Source: Candidatus Latescibacterota bacterium
GTDB lineage: Bacteria > Latescibacterota > UBA2968 > GCA-2709665
DNA: 64,000 bases
Direction: 5' to 3'
NCBI GenBank assembly: GCA_965116875.1
Contig: OZ220733.1
Span: 4,704,001 to 4,768,000, forward strand
Below are positions 46,305 through 56,437 of this stretch, piece by piece (the stretch's first letter is position 1; each line of letters opens with the position of its first letter). The position numbers were made by a program, and so were the translations under genes. The notes under the pieces were generated by a model. The model searched no databases and was not told the origin of the DNA. It saw only the letters and a list, made by a program, of their open reading frames with translations.

Positions 46305-46901
46305 TCAACCCTCCCTCTGCCGCTGAAGCAATTCGAGAAATTCCTCACGAGTTGTGCGATCCTTGAATGCGCCGCGGACGGCGGAGGTCGTCGCCCAGGC
46401 GCCCGGTTTTTCCACGCCCCGCATTTCCATACACAGGTGCCGTGCTTCAACCACCACTATGGACCCTTTCGGTGCAAGTTCCCGTTCCAGGAATTCCACA
46501 ATCTGATGGGTCATCCGCTCCTGAATCTGGGGCCGTCGGGCGTAATACTCTACGATCCGCACCAACTTGCTCAGACCCACAATCTGCGTCGTTGGAATGT
46601 AGCCCACGTGAACCCTGCCCCAGAAGGGCAGCAGATGGTGCGCGCACATCGAATAGAACGAAATATCCGTCATGGCCACCATATTGTCGAACCCGTCTTC
46701 GTTGGGAAACATCCTCACGTCGGGTTCGTTGTCTTCGTCGAGGCCCTTGAAAATTTCGAGGTACATCCGGGCGAACCGCCGCGGCGTGTCCCTCAGGTTC
46801 GGATCCTTCATATCCAGATTGAGCACCTTCATGATCTCGGAAATATGATATCCGATCCGCTCGATCCTGTCTTCCGCCATGCCCGCTCCTCCGGATTCCA
46901 T
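46305..46901 (-). CDS. folE: GTP cyclohydrolase I
   Basis: TPRRFARMY, SMCAHHLLPF, GLSKL.R, QIQERMT, HLCMEMRG; may start at 46880. Confidence 0.97.
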   Translation of the reverse strand: MESGGAGMAEDRIERIGYHISEIMKVLNLDMKDPNLRDTPRRFARMYLEIFKGLDEDNEPDVRMFPNEDGFDNMVAMTDISFYSMCAHHLLPFWGRVHVGYIPTTQIVGLSKLVRIVEYYARRPQIQERMTHQIVEFLERELAPKGSIVVVEARHLCMEMRGVEKPGAWATTSAVRGAFKDRTTREEFLELLQRQREG

Positions 46902-46911
46902 CTATGAAACC

Positions 46912-47481
46912 TCAGTCCGACGCGCCAAAGGCCAGTCCCAGACTGAACCTTAGCGAGGAGTCCTCCTCCTGGTCGGCGATGATCATCTTGAGTTCTCCGA
47001 ACCAGAGTACGCCCGGTCCAACCCGTTTTCGGAATCCTACGGGAATATTCAGGGTAACCTTCGTGTCGTCCGGGACAGTCACATTGATCGAGTTGCCCTG
47101 CCCGCCGGTTTCTATAATATCGAACCTTGTGAGGTGTACGCCGATTCCTCCGCCCACGTATCCGTAGGTATCGCCCTCGCCGAATATGAACTGCGTTTCG
47201 CCGTTGAGCGAGTAGATCTTGAGATTGTCCTGGATCACCAGATCCACGCCCGGAACGAGATGGAGACGGGGAATGAAGATGGATCCGAAATCGACGTGCC
47301 CGCCAAGGGTCAATCTCGCGGAATCGAACTCGTATCCGATGTATTCCTCGGACTCCTGGCGCGTAAGGTCCACGCCGACCTTGACGCCAAGGCCTCGCAG
47401 GCCGAGTGCGTCCGCCGCATTGTGGCCCATCAAAAGGCAGGCGGCAATCACTCCAACACCAAAGCGTGACCAATTGCTCAT
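46912..47481 (-). CDS. Probable outer-membrane beta-barrel protein
   Basis: Signal-peptide-like N-terminus, alternating strands, YVGGGIG, terminal FSLGLAF. Confidence 0.65.
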   Translation of the reverse strand: MSNWSRFGVGVIAACLLMGHNAADALGLRGLGVKVGVDLTRQESEEYIGYEFDSARLTLGGHVDFGSIFIPRLHLVPGVDLVIQDNLKIYSLNGETQFIFGEGDTYGYVGGGIGVHLTRFDIIETGGQGNSINVTVPDDTKVTLNIPVGFRKRVGPGVLWFGELKMIIADQEEDSSLRFSLGLAFGASD

Positions 47482-47561
47482 AGGGTTACCCCCTCGTCTC
47501 TGTGAGTGCCCGGTAGCCGGATCCGTCCCGGTGATGCGGTACACGGCCCGGCATCGTGCGA

Positions 47562-48653
47562 TCATTCGTTGAAGAGAAATTTGATTACGTCTCCCTCCTG
47601 AACCGGATACTGCCTGCCTTCCGCGCGCACTCTGCCCGTTTCACGCAATCCGGCGATGCCGCCGGCGGCGAGGACATCCTGGCAGGCGGCAACTTCCGCC
47701 CTGATGAACCCACGCTCCATGTCCGTGTGAATCCTGCCGGCGGCCGCTGCTGCCCGTGTGCCTTCACGAACTTCCCAGGCCTGCAGTTTTTCGTTGGCCG
47801 TGGTGTAGAATGTAATCAGTCCCAGCAGTACGTAGCCCGCCCGAATCAGCCGGCTGACCCCCGGCTGGTCCAGGCCCAGGTCTTCGACAAAGACCTGTCG
47901 TTCGGCCTGCGGCAATTCGCCAAGTTCCGCCTCGATCTGCGCCGCAAGCGGCAGTACGTTGCCGGTGCCGACGAGGGCGCGCAGTCGGTCCGTGGCGGCG
48001 CCACCGTCAGGCAGGTCCGTCTCCGAAACGTTCGACACGTACAATACGGGTTTGGCGGTAAGAAAATTGAAAGGCGCAAGAACATTCAACTGCGCATCCG
48101 TCAGTTCCTGTTCCCGCACAGGCACCGACCGTTCCAGACCTGCGATAGCCACTCCAAGCGCTTCGTATGCATCACGTTCCGGAGCCCGCGGGTGCGAACG
48201 CAGGACTTTCCCGAGTCGGCTGGCGATTCCTTCCGCCGATTCGAGATCGGCCAGCTTGAGCTCGGTGTTGACGGTTTCGACGTCCCGCACCGGATCCACC
48301 CGGCCGTCCACGTGCGGCACATTCCCGCTTTCGTAGCAGCGTACCAGATGAATCAGCGCGTCCACTTCCCGGATCCGCGCCAGAAAACGGTTGCCCAGAC
48401 CTTCTCCACGGCTGGCTCCCCGGACCAGGCCGGCAATATCCACAAAGTGAACGAACGAGGGTATGCAGGCTTCAGGGTGGAGCAATTCATTCAGCCGCTG
48501 AAGACGCTCGTCGGGCACCTCCACAACGCCGACATTCGGCTCGACGGTACAGAAAGGATAGTTCGACGCTTCAACGCCGGCCCTGGTCAGCGCATTGAAC
48601 AGGGTCGACTTCCCCACGTTTGGCAGGCCGATAATGCCGATATGGAGGGCCAT
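47562..48653 (-). CDS. ychF: Ribosome-binding ATPase YchF
   Basis: GLPNVGKST, NYPFCT, DIAGLVRGAS.GEGLGN, IHTDMERGFIRAE. Confidence 0.98.
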   Translation of the reverse strand: MALHIGIIGLPNVGKSTLFNALTRAGVEASNYPFCTVEPNVGVVEVPDERLQRLNELLHPEACIPSFVHFVDIAGLVRGASRGEGLGNRFLARIREVDALIHLVRCYESGNVPHVDGRVDPVRDVETVNTELKLADLESAEGIASRLGKVLRSHPRAPERDAYEALGVAIAGLERSVPVREQELTDAQLNVLAPFNFLTAKPVLYVSNVSETDLPDGGAATDRLRALVGTGNVLPLAAQIEAELGELPQAERQVFVEDLGLDQPGVSRLIRAGYVLLGLITFYTTANEKLQAWEVREGTRAAAAAGRIHTDMERGFIRAEVAACQDVLAAGGIAGLRETGRVRAEGRQYPVQEGDVIKFLFNE

Positions 48654-48753
48654 ACTCGCTGCCCGGATGCGGCAGACGCGTGTGCGCCAGAAAATAGAAA
48701 CAGCCAGCGGCTAGACGTAAACCACTGGCCGACAGAACCTTGACCGCCTAAAG

Positions 48754-49020
48754 CTAAAGACCGCCACTAATGGCGGTAACAAAGTGTACCTCGCTCTTCT
48801 CTTCGACCCTCTGGCGCATTCCGTCGTTGCCGACAACGCCGTCGATGGCAACAGCCAGACCGGGCTTGATACGGCCATCTTCGCAGATTCGCTCCCCGAT
48901 TCCCGGGAACCGCGCTTCAAGGTTTTCAATAACCTCCCGTATGGTCTCTCCGGGAACCTGAACCTGCTCCTGACCGTCGGCGAGACCGCGCAGAAGGGAC
49001 GGTATCCAGACCTCCGGCAT
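48754..49020 (-). CDS. MoaD/ThiS-family sulfur carrier
   Basis: Beta-grasp size (88 aa), C-terminal AISGGL. Confidence 0.9.
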   Translation of the reverse strand: MPEVWIPSLLRGLADGQEQVQVPGETIREVIENLEARFPGIGERICEDGRIKPGLAVAIDGVVGNDGMRQRVEEKSEVHFVTAISGGL

Positions 49021-49026
49021 GGCTGC

Positions 49027-51330
49027 TCACCCCTTCCCGTTGCCTCCGCCACCATTTGCGATGAGGGTTTTCAGAACACGGCCCGGGGACATGGGCAGGT
49101 CGCGCAAACGCACGCCCACGGCATCGTAGATCGCATTCGCCACGGCGGCCGGTGGAGGAACAATGGGTACTTCTCCCACGCCCCGCACACCGTACGGGTG
49201 GCCCGGATTGGGCACTTCCACGATTACCGTCTCGATCATCGGCAGATCCAGACAGGTTGGCATCCGGTAGTCCAGAAGGCTGGCGTTTACGAGGTCGCCC
49301 GCTTCGTTGTAGAAGTATTCTTCGTTCAATGCCCATCCGATGCCCTGTGCCACGCCGCCCTGCATCTGCCCTTCCACGTACGAGGGGTGTATGGCTTTAC
49401 CTGCATCCTGGACGATGGTGACCCTGAGAATGTCCACCTTTCCGGTCTCGGGATCGACTTCCACGTCCACCACCATGACGGCGTACGCAGGCCCCGCCGC
49501 TTTGCCCGCCACCGCCGCGCGCCCGACCACGGGACCGCCCGTGGCGCCCAGCTTGCCTGCCAGTTCGGTAAACGTGATCGACTTCTCGGGGGCCGACCTC
49601 GACTTGAACACCCCGGTTTCGAAACCCACGTCGTCCTCCGAAATCTCCCACAATCTGGCCGCCCTGGCCTCCATCTGACGCTTTGCGTCCATGGCAGCCT
49701 CGTATCCCGCCCAACCCGTGGCAAACGTCACCCGGCTCCCGCCGGTGCCGTCTGTCTGTCCGATGGCATCGGTATCCACCACCATAGGCTTCACCTGCGC
49801 GGCCGGGATGCCCAGCACCTCTGCAACCTGCATCGCGATGGAGGTACGTGTACCACCGATATCGGGAGAGCCTTCGACCAGGCTGACCGTTCCGTCGGCA
49901 TTGACGCTGACCATAACCGTGGACGTGCCTCCCCCGTTGAACCAGAACCCCGATGCCACACCCCGACCCCGGTTGGGTCCGTCGAGTCCGGATTGATAAT
50001 GGTCTGACGCCATCGCCGCTTTCACGCATTCGTCGTGGCCGATCCGGGGAAACACCGGGCCGTCGGCCCGCCGGCTGCCCTCCCTGGCGGAGTTCTTCAG
50101 GCGAAACTCGAGCGGGTCGGTTTGAAGGTTTTCGCAGATCTCGTCGATCACCGTTTCAGCAGCGAATGCGCCGTTGGTTGCGCCCGGCGCGCGGTATGCG
50201 GAGGTCTGTGGCTTGTTCACGACCACGTCGTACCCGTCGATGACAACATTGGGAATGTCGTACGGAGAAAAGATACAGCCGGCGCCGGCGCCGACGGGTG
50301 ATCCCGGATAGGCCCCGGCTTCGTAGGCGAGATACGCCTGGGCGGCGACCAGCCTGCCGTCGTTCGTTGCGCCCATCTTCACCTTCATGAAGGAGCCCGG
50401 AGTCGGACCCGTCGCCTTGAGGACTTCCGTCCGGCTCATCACCATCTTTACGGGCTTGCCCGTCATCCTGGACATCACAGCGGCCGTCGGTTCCTCGTAG
50501 ACGCGGAACTTGCCGCCGAACCCGCCGCCGATCTCCGCCGGCACCACCCGGACCGTTGAGGCCGGCACTCCCAATACGACCGCGACCTGGTCTCGTACCT
50601 CGAACGGCCCCTGGGTACTCGTCCAGATGGTGATCTGGTCGTCCAGATTCCAATACGCCGTCGCGTTATGGGGCTCTATGTAACCCTGGTGTACCGTCTG
50701 CGTGCTGAACTCCCGTTCAACGACCACGTCGGCCTCGGCAAATCCCCGGTCGATGTCGCCAAGGGAATGCTGGAAATGACTGGCGACGTTTCCCGGTTTG
50801 TCCGTCGTCTGACCCAGTGACTTCATCCTCATGTTTTCGTGCAGGATTGGCGCGCCTTCTTCCATTGCGGGACGGACGTCGAGTACGGGCTCCAGAACTT
50901 CGTACTCCACGCGTATCAGATCGAGGGCTTCTTCCGCGATATGGGCCGACGTCGCCGCGACAGCAGCGACCGCATGCCCCTCGTAGAGCACTTTATCTGA
51001 AGCCAGTACGTTTTTGATGAGATCGGGCAGGTTTACGGACTCCTCCCCGATGGCGGCCACCTTGTCTTCGTAGTGTTGCGCGAGGTCTGCGCCCGTCATC
51101 ACGGCCTTTACGCCCGGAAGGGCTTCGGCAGCACTCGTATCAACGGATAGAATACGGGCGTGCGCATGCGGACTGCGGAGGGTTTTTCCGATCAACACGC
51201 CCGACGTATGGGTATCCGCTCCGTACTTCGCGCGGCCCGTCACCTTATCCGTACCATCGTGGCGAATCGGCCGGGTTCCCACCACATTGTAGCTCTCGAT
51301 GCCAAGATAGTCTTCGGTCTTCGTGGCCAT
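49027..51330 (-). CDS. Xanthine dehydrogenase-family molybdopterin-binding subunit (copy 2)
   Basis: KVTGRAKY, LRSPHAHA, GGGFGGK, AYRAPG, VEGQMQGG, GVRGVGE. Confidence 0.95.
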   Translation of the reverse strand: MATKTEDYLGIESYNVVGTRPIRHDGTDKVTGRAKYGADTHTSGVLIGKTLRSPHAHARILSVDTSAAEALPGVKAVMTGADLAQHYEDKVAAIGEESVNLPDLIKNVLASDKVLYEGHAVAAVAATSAHIAEEALDLIRVEYEVLEPVLDVRPAMEEGAPILHENMRMKSLGQTTDKPGNVASHFQHSLGDIDRGFAEADVVVEREFSTQTVHQGYIEPHNATAYWNLDDQITIWTSTQGPFEVRDQVAVVLGVPASTVRVVPAEIGGGFGGKFRVYEEPTAAVMSRMTGKPVKMVMSRTEVLKATGPTPGSFMKVKMGATNDGRLVAAQAYLAYEAGAYPGSPVGAGAGCIFSPYDIPNVVIDGYDVVVNKPQTSAYRAPGATNGAFAAETVIDEICENLQTDPLEFRLKNSAREGSRRADGPVFPRIGHDECVKAAMASDHYQSGLDGPNRGRGVASGFWFNGGGTSTVMVSVNADGTVSLVEGSPDIGGTRTSIAMQVAEVLGIPAAQVKPMVVDTDAIGQTDGTGGSRVTFATGWAGYEAAMDAKRQMEARAARLWEISEDDVGFETGVFKSRSAPEKSITFTELAGKLGATGGPVVGRAAVAGKAAGPAYAVMVVDVEVDPETGKVDILRVTIVQDAGKAIHPSYVEGQMQGGVAQGIGWALNEEYFYNEAGDLVNASLLDYRMPTCLDLPMIETVIVEVPNPGHPYGVRGVGEVPIVPPPAAVANAIYDAVGVRLRDLPMSPGRVLKTLIANGGGGNGKG

Positions 51331-51395
51331 TGTATTTGAATCTCCGGAAATTGGCGCACGGCCCCGTTACGCGAGGCACGCGCATGGGTTCTTCT

Positions 51396-53675
51396 TCACG
51401 GTCCGTTTTTGCTCCACAGCGCTTTGAGGACATTGCCGGGAGACATCGGCAACACGTTCATACGGATACCCGCGGCGCGGTAGATGGCATTGGCGAGTGC
51501 GGCCGGCGGCGGCACGATGGGCGCCTCTCCCACACCGCGCACTCCGTATGGATGACCGGGGTTTGGAACTTCCACGATAATGGTTTCGATCATCGGCAGG
51601 TCCAGGCAGGTCGGCATCCGGTAATCCAGCAGGCTGGCGTTGGTCAATTCACCCTTGTCGTTATACCAATACTCCTCGTTCAGTCCCCAACCGATCCCCT
51701 GCGCCGCGCCCCCCTGCATCTGACCCTCTACGTATGCGGGATGGATGGCCTTGCCCGCGTCCTGCACCATGGTGACCCTGAGAATATCCACCTTACCTGT
51801 ATCGGGATCGGTTTCGACGTCGGCGATCATCAGGGAAAACGCGCCTCCCACTCCCTGCGGGTCGACGGTCGCACGCCCGACGACAGGCCCGCCAGTCTCA
51901 TTGAGTTTTCCAGCCAGTTCCTTGAATGTCAAGGATTTCGACGGATCTGACCTGGATTTGAACGTGCCGTCCTCGAAAGCGACGTCGTCAGGCGAAATCT
52001 CCCAGTATTTCGCGGCGCGCTCGACCATCTGCGCAATGATGTCCTGTGCTGCGTTGTATGCCGCCCAGCCCGTGGCGAACGTCACCCGGCTTCCGCCCGT
52101 CACGTCGGTCTCCCCAACGCCGTCGGTATCCGCCACGACCGGATTCACGTCTTCCGCCGGGATGCCCAACGGCTCGGCGAGCTGCATCGCCACCGAGGTC
52201 CGCGTACCGCCGATATCGGTGGACCCTTCGACCAGGCTTACCGTGCCGTCCGTATTTACGGACGCACACGCGCTGGATTTGAGCCCCACATTGAACCAGA
52301 AGCCGGAAGCCACGCCGCGACCCCGGTTTTTCCCCTCCAGGGGCGCATTGTAGTGTTCGCTCGTCATCGCCGCCCTTAACACTTCCTCGTGGCCGATACG
52401 GGGAAACGTGGGGCCGTCCGCCCTGCGCGTACCTTCTCTTGCCGTATTCTTCATGCGGAACTCGAGTGGATCCTCGCCAAGCCTCTCGCAGATCTCGTCG
52501 ATGATGGTCTCCGACGCAAAGGCCGCATTGGTGGCGCCAGGTGCTCTATAGGCCATCGTCTGGGGCTTGTTTACAACGACGTTGTACCCGTCGATGACCA
52601 CGTTCGGGATCTCATAAGGAGCGAAAATGCACATGGCGCCGGGTTCGGCCCATGCTCCGGCGAACCCACCCGATTCGTAGGCCAGGTAAGCCTGTGCGGC
52701 CACGAGTTTGCCTTCGCTGGTGGCGCCCATCCTGACGCGGACGTAGGATCCGGGAGTGGGTCCCGTGGCCTTCAGCACCTCGTCGCGGCTCATCACCATT
52801 TTCACCGGATGGCCGGACTTTTTCGAAAGAACAGCGGCAACCGGCTCCAGGTACACCCTGATCTTGCCGCCGAATCCCCCGCCGATTTCGGTTGGGATCA
52901 CCCGGATATTCACGGGCGATATCTGTAGCAGCCCCGCCAGCTGCTCGCGCACCGTAAACGATCCCTGGGTGCTGCACCAGACCGTAAGACGCCCATCGGG
53001 GTTCCAAAGCGCCGTGGCATTCTGCGGTTCGATGTATCCCTGGTGTACCGTGTCGGTAAAAAACTCCCGTTCAATCACCACGTCGGCCTCTTCGAAGCCC
53101 GACTCGACGTCCCCAAGCTTATGCTGAAAGTGCGTGGCGATATTGCTTGGCTTTCCGGTATCTTCGCCCAGCGACTCGGTGGTAAGGCTTTCATGCAGGA
53201 GCGGGGATTCCGGTTTCATTGCCTCCCGCACGTCGAGCAGCGGCTCCAGAATCTCGTATTCCACGTCGATCAGCCCAAGCGCCTCCTCCGCAATATGCGC
53301 GCTTGTCGCGGCCACGGCCGCCACCGCGTGGCCGTCGTAGACCACCTTGCCGTCGGCCAGTACGTTGGCGCGCAGATCCACCATATCGGCCGCGCCTTCT
53401 CCCAGGTCCTCCACCTTCTTCTCGGGTACGGGAATGTCGGCGACGGTGGCAACGGCCTTCACGCCGTCGAGCGCTTCGGCCCGATTCGTGCGAATGGACA
53501 CAATGCGCGCGTGGGCATGGGGGCTTCGCAACACCTTCCCGTAGACAAGGCCGGACATGTGAACATCGGCTCCGTATATGGCCCGTCCCGTGACCTTGTC
53601 CACGCCATCGTGCCTGATCGGCCGGCTGCCCAGCACCTTGTATTCCTGTATTCCGAGATAGTCCTCAGTTGGCAT
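51396..53675 (-). CDS. Xanthine dehydrogenase-family molybdopterin-binding subunit (copy 1)
   Basis: Same motifs; ATG 53675 overlaps the small-subunit stop and aligns with the N-terminus of copy 2. Confidence 0.95.
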   Translation of the reverse strand: MPTEDYLGIQEYKVLGSRPIRHDGVDKVTGRAIYGADVHMSGLVYGKVLRSPHAHARIVSIRTNRAEALDGVKAVATVADIPVPEKKVEDLGEGAADMVDLRANVLADGKVVYDGHAVAAVAATSAHIAEEALGLIDVEYEILEPLLDVREAMKPESPLLHESLTTESLGEDTGKPSNIATHFQHKLGDVESGFEEADVVIEREFFTDTVHQGYIEPQNATALWNPDGRLTVWCSTQGSFTVREQLAGLLQISPVNIRVIPTEIGGGFGGKIRVYLEPVAAVLSKKSGHPVKMVMSRDEVLKATGPTPGSYVRVRMGATSEGKLVAAQAYLAYESGGFAGAWAEPGAMCIFAPYEIPNVVIDGYNVVVNKPQTMAYRAPGATNAAFASETIIDEICERLGEDPLEFRMKNTAREGTRRADGPTFPRIGHEEVLRAAMTSEHYNAPLEGKNRGRGVASGFWFNVGLKSSACASVNTDGTVSLVEGSTDIGGTRTSVAMQLAEPLGIPAEDVNPVVADTDGVGETDVTGGSRVTFATGWAAYNAAQDIIAQMVERAAKYWEISPDDVAFEDGTFKSRSDPSKSLTFKELAGKLNETGGPVVGRATVDPQGVGGAFSLMIADVETDPDTGKVDILRVTMVQDAGKAIHPAYVEGQMQGGAAQGIGWGLNEEYWYNDKGELTNASLLDYRMPTCLDLPMIETIIVEVPNPGHPYGVRGVGEAPIVPPPAALANAIYRAAGIRMNVLPMSPGNVLKALWSKNGP

Positions 53676-54157
53676 CAGGCCGTCTCCTTCATCGTTCCGG
53701 CCGTGTCCATCACTGCTCTGACGATCTTGTCGTATCCGGTACACCGGCAGAGATTCCCGGCCAGCCACAGGCGAATCCGCTGTTCGTCCGGTTCCGGTTC
53801 CCGATCCAGCAACGCTTTCGCCGCCACGATAAACCCGGGCGTGCATACGCCGCACTGAAGCGCCGCGTGTTCCAGGAACTTCTGCTGCAACGGATGCAGC
53901 CCCTCCGCGGTCGCCACGCCTTCAATGGTTGTGATTTCGCACCCTTGTGCCTCCACTCCCAGCGCAAGACAGGAATTGATGACGCGTCCGTTGATTATGA
54001 CGCTGCAGGCGCCGCAGTTGCCGTTGCCGCAACCCTCTTTGGCCCCGGTGAGATCCAGGATGTCGCGAAGCACCTCCAGCAACGTATCCCTGGGTTCGCA
54101 CAGAAACTCCGTTTCTTCTCCGTTGATCGTCGTTGTGACGTGAACTTTGCCGGCCAT
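53675..54157 (-). CDS. (2Fe-2S)-binding small subunit, CoxS/XdhC-like
   Basis: GCGNGNCGAC...SC, QCGVC, NLCRCTGY. Confidence 0.96.
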   Translation of the reverse strand: MAGKVHVTTTINGEETEFLCEPRDTLLEVLRDILDLTGAKEGCGNGNCGACSVIINGRVINSCLALGVEAQGCEITTIEGVATAEGLHPLQQKFLEHAALQCGVCTPGFIVAAKALLDREPEPDEQRIRLWLAGNLCRCTGYDKIVRAVMDTAGTMKETA

Positions 54158-54209
54158 CTTTTGCGGACTCCTTTATTCGCGATTATTCGGAAAACTCCAG
54201 ACACGCTGA

Positions 54210-55079
54210 CTAACGTGCGCGTTCCACCGCGCCGCAAACCGCTCGCCGGGTCAGGACACCGGCCAGATGAACGCGTTGCTCAATGGTACCACGCATATCC
54301 GTAATCGGTCTGGCGGACTGCCGGGCGATCTCGGCTGCCATTTCGATTGACTGATCCGATACCTCGCTGCCGGCAAGGGCCGCCCCGGCCGCGGGCAGGA
54401 AAAGCGGAACGGGCGCCACGGCGCCGACAGCGATCCGGGCGGATTCGAACGTGCTCTTCTCCTCGTTCAATACCACGGAAGCCGCGGCGTTGACCACTGC
54501 GATATCCATTTCGTTCCTTGGGATGAACCGGAGGAAGTACGCACCCGAGTTCGCCGCGGGAGCGGGGAAATGGAGAGATACGAGAAATTCGCCGTCCTGA
54601 AGCACCGTCTGCCCCGGCGCCAAACAAAAGTCCTCCACGGCAACTTCCCTTTCTCCCTCCGGGCCGGCGATCCTGGCGGTCGCCCCAAGAACGATGAGCG
54701 TTGGGATGGTATCCGCCGCGGGTGACGCATTGCAAAGGTTCCCGCCTATTGTCGCCCTGCCCTGAATCTGAATGGATCCGATCAGCTCCGTCGAATCTAC
54801 GAGCGCCGGGTAGTTCGACGCTACGTCTTCGTTTTCGTAAATGTCGCAACAGGACACCCCCGCCCCGATCGTCAGTCCCTCCCGGGGATCGAATGCCAGT
54901 TCGTTCGCCGCGGGTATCTTCTTGACATCCACCAGCACCTTCACCTGACGCCGCCCCTCTTTCAACTGTGCGATGATATCGGATCCGCCCGCCAACATCC
55001 TGGCATCCGACCCGCTTTCAGACAGCACGGCGACGGCTTCGTCTACCGATTGTGGCGCAACGTAATCGAACGCATGCAA
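54210..55079 (-). CDS. FAD-binding medium subunit, CoxM-like
   Basis: LAGGSD, ATIGGNLCNASPAAD; TTG start after GGAGG. Confidence 0.95.
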   Translation of the reverse strand: MHAFDYVAPQSVDEAVAVLSESGSDARMLAGGSDIIAQLKEGRRQVKVLVDVKKIPAANELAFDPREGLTIGAGVSCCDIYENEDVASNYPALVDSTELIGSIQIQGRATIGGNLCNASPAADTIPTLIVLGATARIAGPEGEREVAVEDFCLAPGQTVLQDGEFLVSLHFPAPAANSGAYFLRFIPRNEMDIAVVNAAASVVLNEEKSTFESARIAVGAVAPVPLFLPAAGAALAGSEVSDQSIEMAAEIARQSARPITDMRGTIEQRVHLAGVLTRRAVCGAVERAR

Positions 55080-55156
55080 GGTTCGTTCCTCCTGTACGGA
55101 AGTCGTAGATCTACCGGCCGCTATTGACCCACGTGGAATGGCCGGGATTGCGGCTA

Positions 55157-55185
55157 ACGATAAGGCCCCATCCGCTTGTTGTCAA
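55157..55185 (-). promoter_or_regulatory. Candidate sigma70 promoter of the molybdoenzyme operon
   Basis: TTGACA-17 bp-TATCGT. Confidence 0.6.
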
Positions 55186-55219
55186 GGGTTTTCCGGGCGC
55201 CCGATGCGATCCGTGCAAC

Positions 55220-56368
55220 TCAAGCGGGCGGGATGGCCGACTTCGCATCTCGGGCACAGACGACGGTATATCCCCCGCGGGATTCCAACTGATCCACGGT
55301 ATCGAACGCACGCTTCATTTGCTTGACGTAAATGCCCGGACGCATCGCGACAACCGCGAATCGCCCCTTCGAACTGAGATGCAGAGCGGCGCCCTGTACG
55401 AATCGACGTGCCGTTGCTGCGCCGTCATGCGTGGGCGCGTTGCAGAGGATGAGATCGAAGACCTGCCCCGGAACGGCTTCGAAACCGTCGCTGAGACCGA
55501 CCCGTGCGTTCGCCAGCCCGTTGCGGACGATATTTCGCCTTGCGCAGCATACGGCCAACAGGCTGGTATCCAGCAAATGAACTTCGCGAGCCCGTTTCGC
55601 CGCGGCGATTCCGATTGCGCCGTATCCGCAGCCCAGATCGAGCACGCGATCGTCCACCGTGACATCGACCGCCTCAATCAGAATCCGGGCGCCGGCATCC
55701 AGTCCGCGGCTCGAAAAGACGCCCGCCGAAGCCTCAAACGTGAGAGGGCCTCCGGGCAGATCGGCCACCTCAAAGACATACGCCGGATCCACGGGATGCG
55801 CGCCGGTTCCCGGAGAGCTTTTTTTCGATCTGTAGACCCGATAACCCGATCTCACCGTTGCCGTTTCAACCCCTCCGAAAACAGCCTCAATTCGCCTCCG
55901 ATAGCTCTCCACGCCCGCGTTTCGCCGGCCCCCCAGAAGGAAACGTCCGCGAATTGCCATTTTCCGGTATGCCGCTTCGATGAGTTCGAACACACGCGGC
56001 TTGGATTCCCATCGGGCGGGAGCGTAGAGGACCACGTCGAAACCGGGGCCGGTGAGGACAGCCGGTGAGACTTCGAGCCAGGCGCACGCGTTGTGCAGCT
56101 CCATGCGCCGGATCGCGTCCTCGCAGACCCTCACGTCGCGCAGATCGGAACCCATGAACTGGATACTGCCAGTATCCAGTTCCAGCCCAACCGGGCGCCC
56201 GGCCATTCCCAGGTCCAGAACCCGCTCATGGGGTTCGACCGCCGCCGCCGCGAGCAATTCGGAGACCTGGCGAGACCGGAGATTTCGGAATCTGTCGATG
56301 AGTCTTCCCTTCGTTTCTGCTGTCGCGAGCGGTTCGGACTGGTGCAATAGCGACTTGACAACAGGCAA
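55220..56368 (-). CDS. RsmC/RlmG-like tandem-domain SAM methyltransferase
   Basis: GVFSSRGLDAG, VLDLGCGYG, SDGF, CNAPTH; degenerate N-terminal VLDLG domain; start uncertain. Confidence 0.8.
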   Translation of the reverse strand: MPVVKSLLHQSEPLATAETKGRLIDRFRNLRSRQVSELLAAAAVEPHERVLDLGMAGRPVGLELDTGSIQFMGSDLRDVRVCEDAIRRMELHNACAWLEVSPAVLTGPGFDVVLYAPARWESKPRVFELIEAAYRKMAIRGRFLLGGRRNAGVESYRRRIEAVFGGVETATVRSGYRVYRSKKSSPGTGAHPVDPAYVFEVADLPGGPLTFEASAGVFSSRGLDAGARILIEAVDVTVDDRVLDLGCGYGAIGIAAAKRAREVHLLDTSLLAVCCARRNIVRNGLANARVGLSDGFEAVPGQVFDLILCNAPTHDGAATARRFVQGAALHLSSKGRFAVVAMRPGIYVKQMKRAFDTVDQLESRGGYTVVCARDAKSAIPPA

Positions 56369-56399
56369 TGAGCGACGTAAATTAATCTAGACAGTCTAG
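56355..56399 (+). promoter_or_regulatory. Promoter and palindromic operator of phd-vapC
   Basis: TTGACA-17 bp-TAAATT then CTAGAC-A-GTCTAG (56387-56399). Confidence 0.8.
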
Positions 56400-56437
56400 C
56401 TTAATATGACTAGATATAAGTATGAGGAGAAAAATCG

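Noticed and set aside
49027-53675. Aerobic CO dehydrogenase (coxL)
   Set aside because: The active-site loop is AYRAPG, not form I AYxCSFR or form II AYxGAGR.
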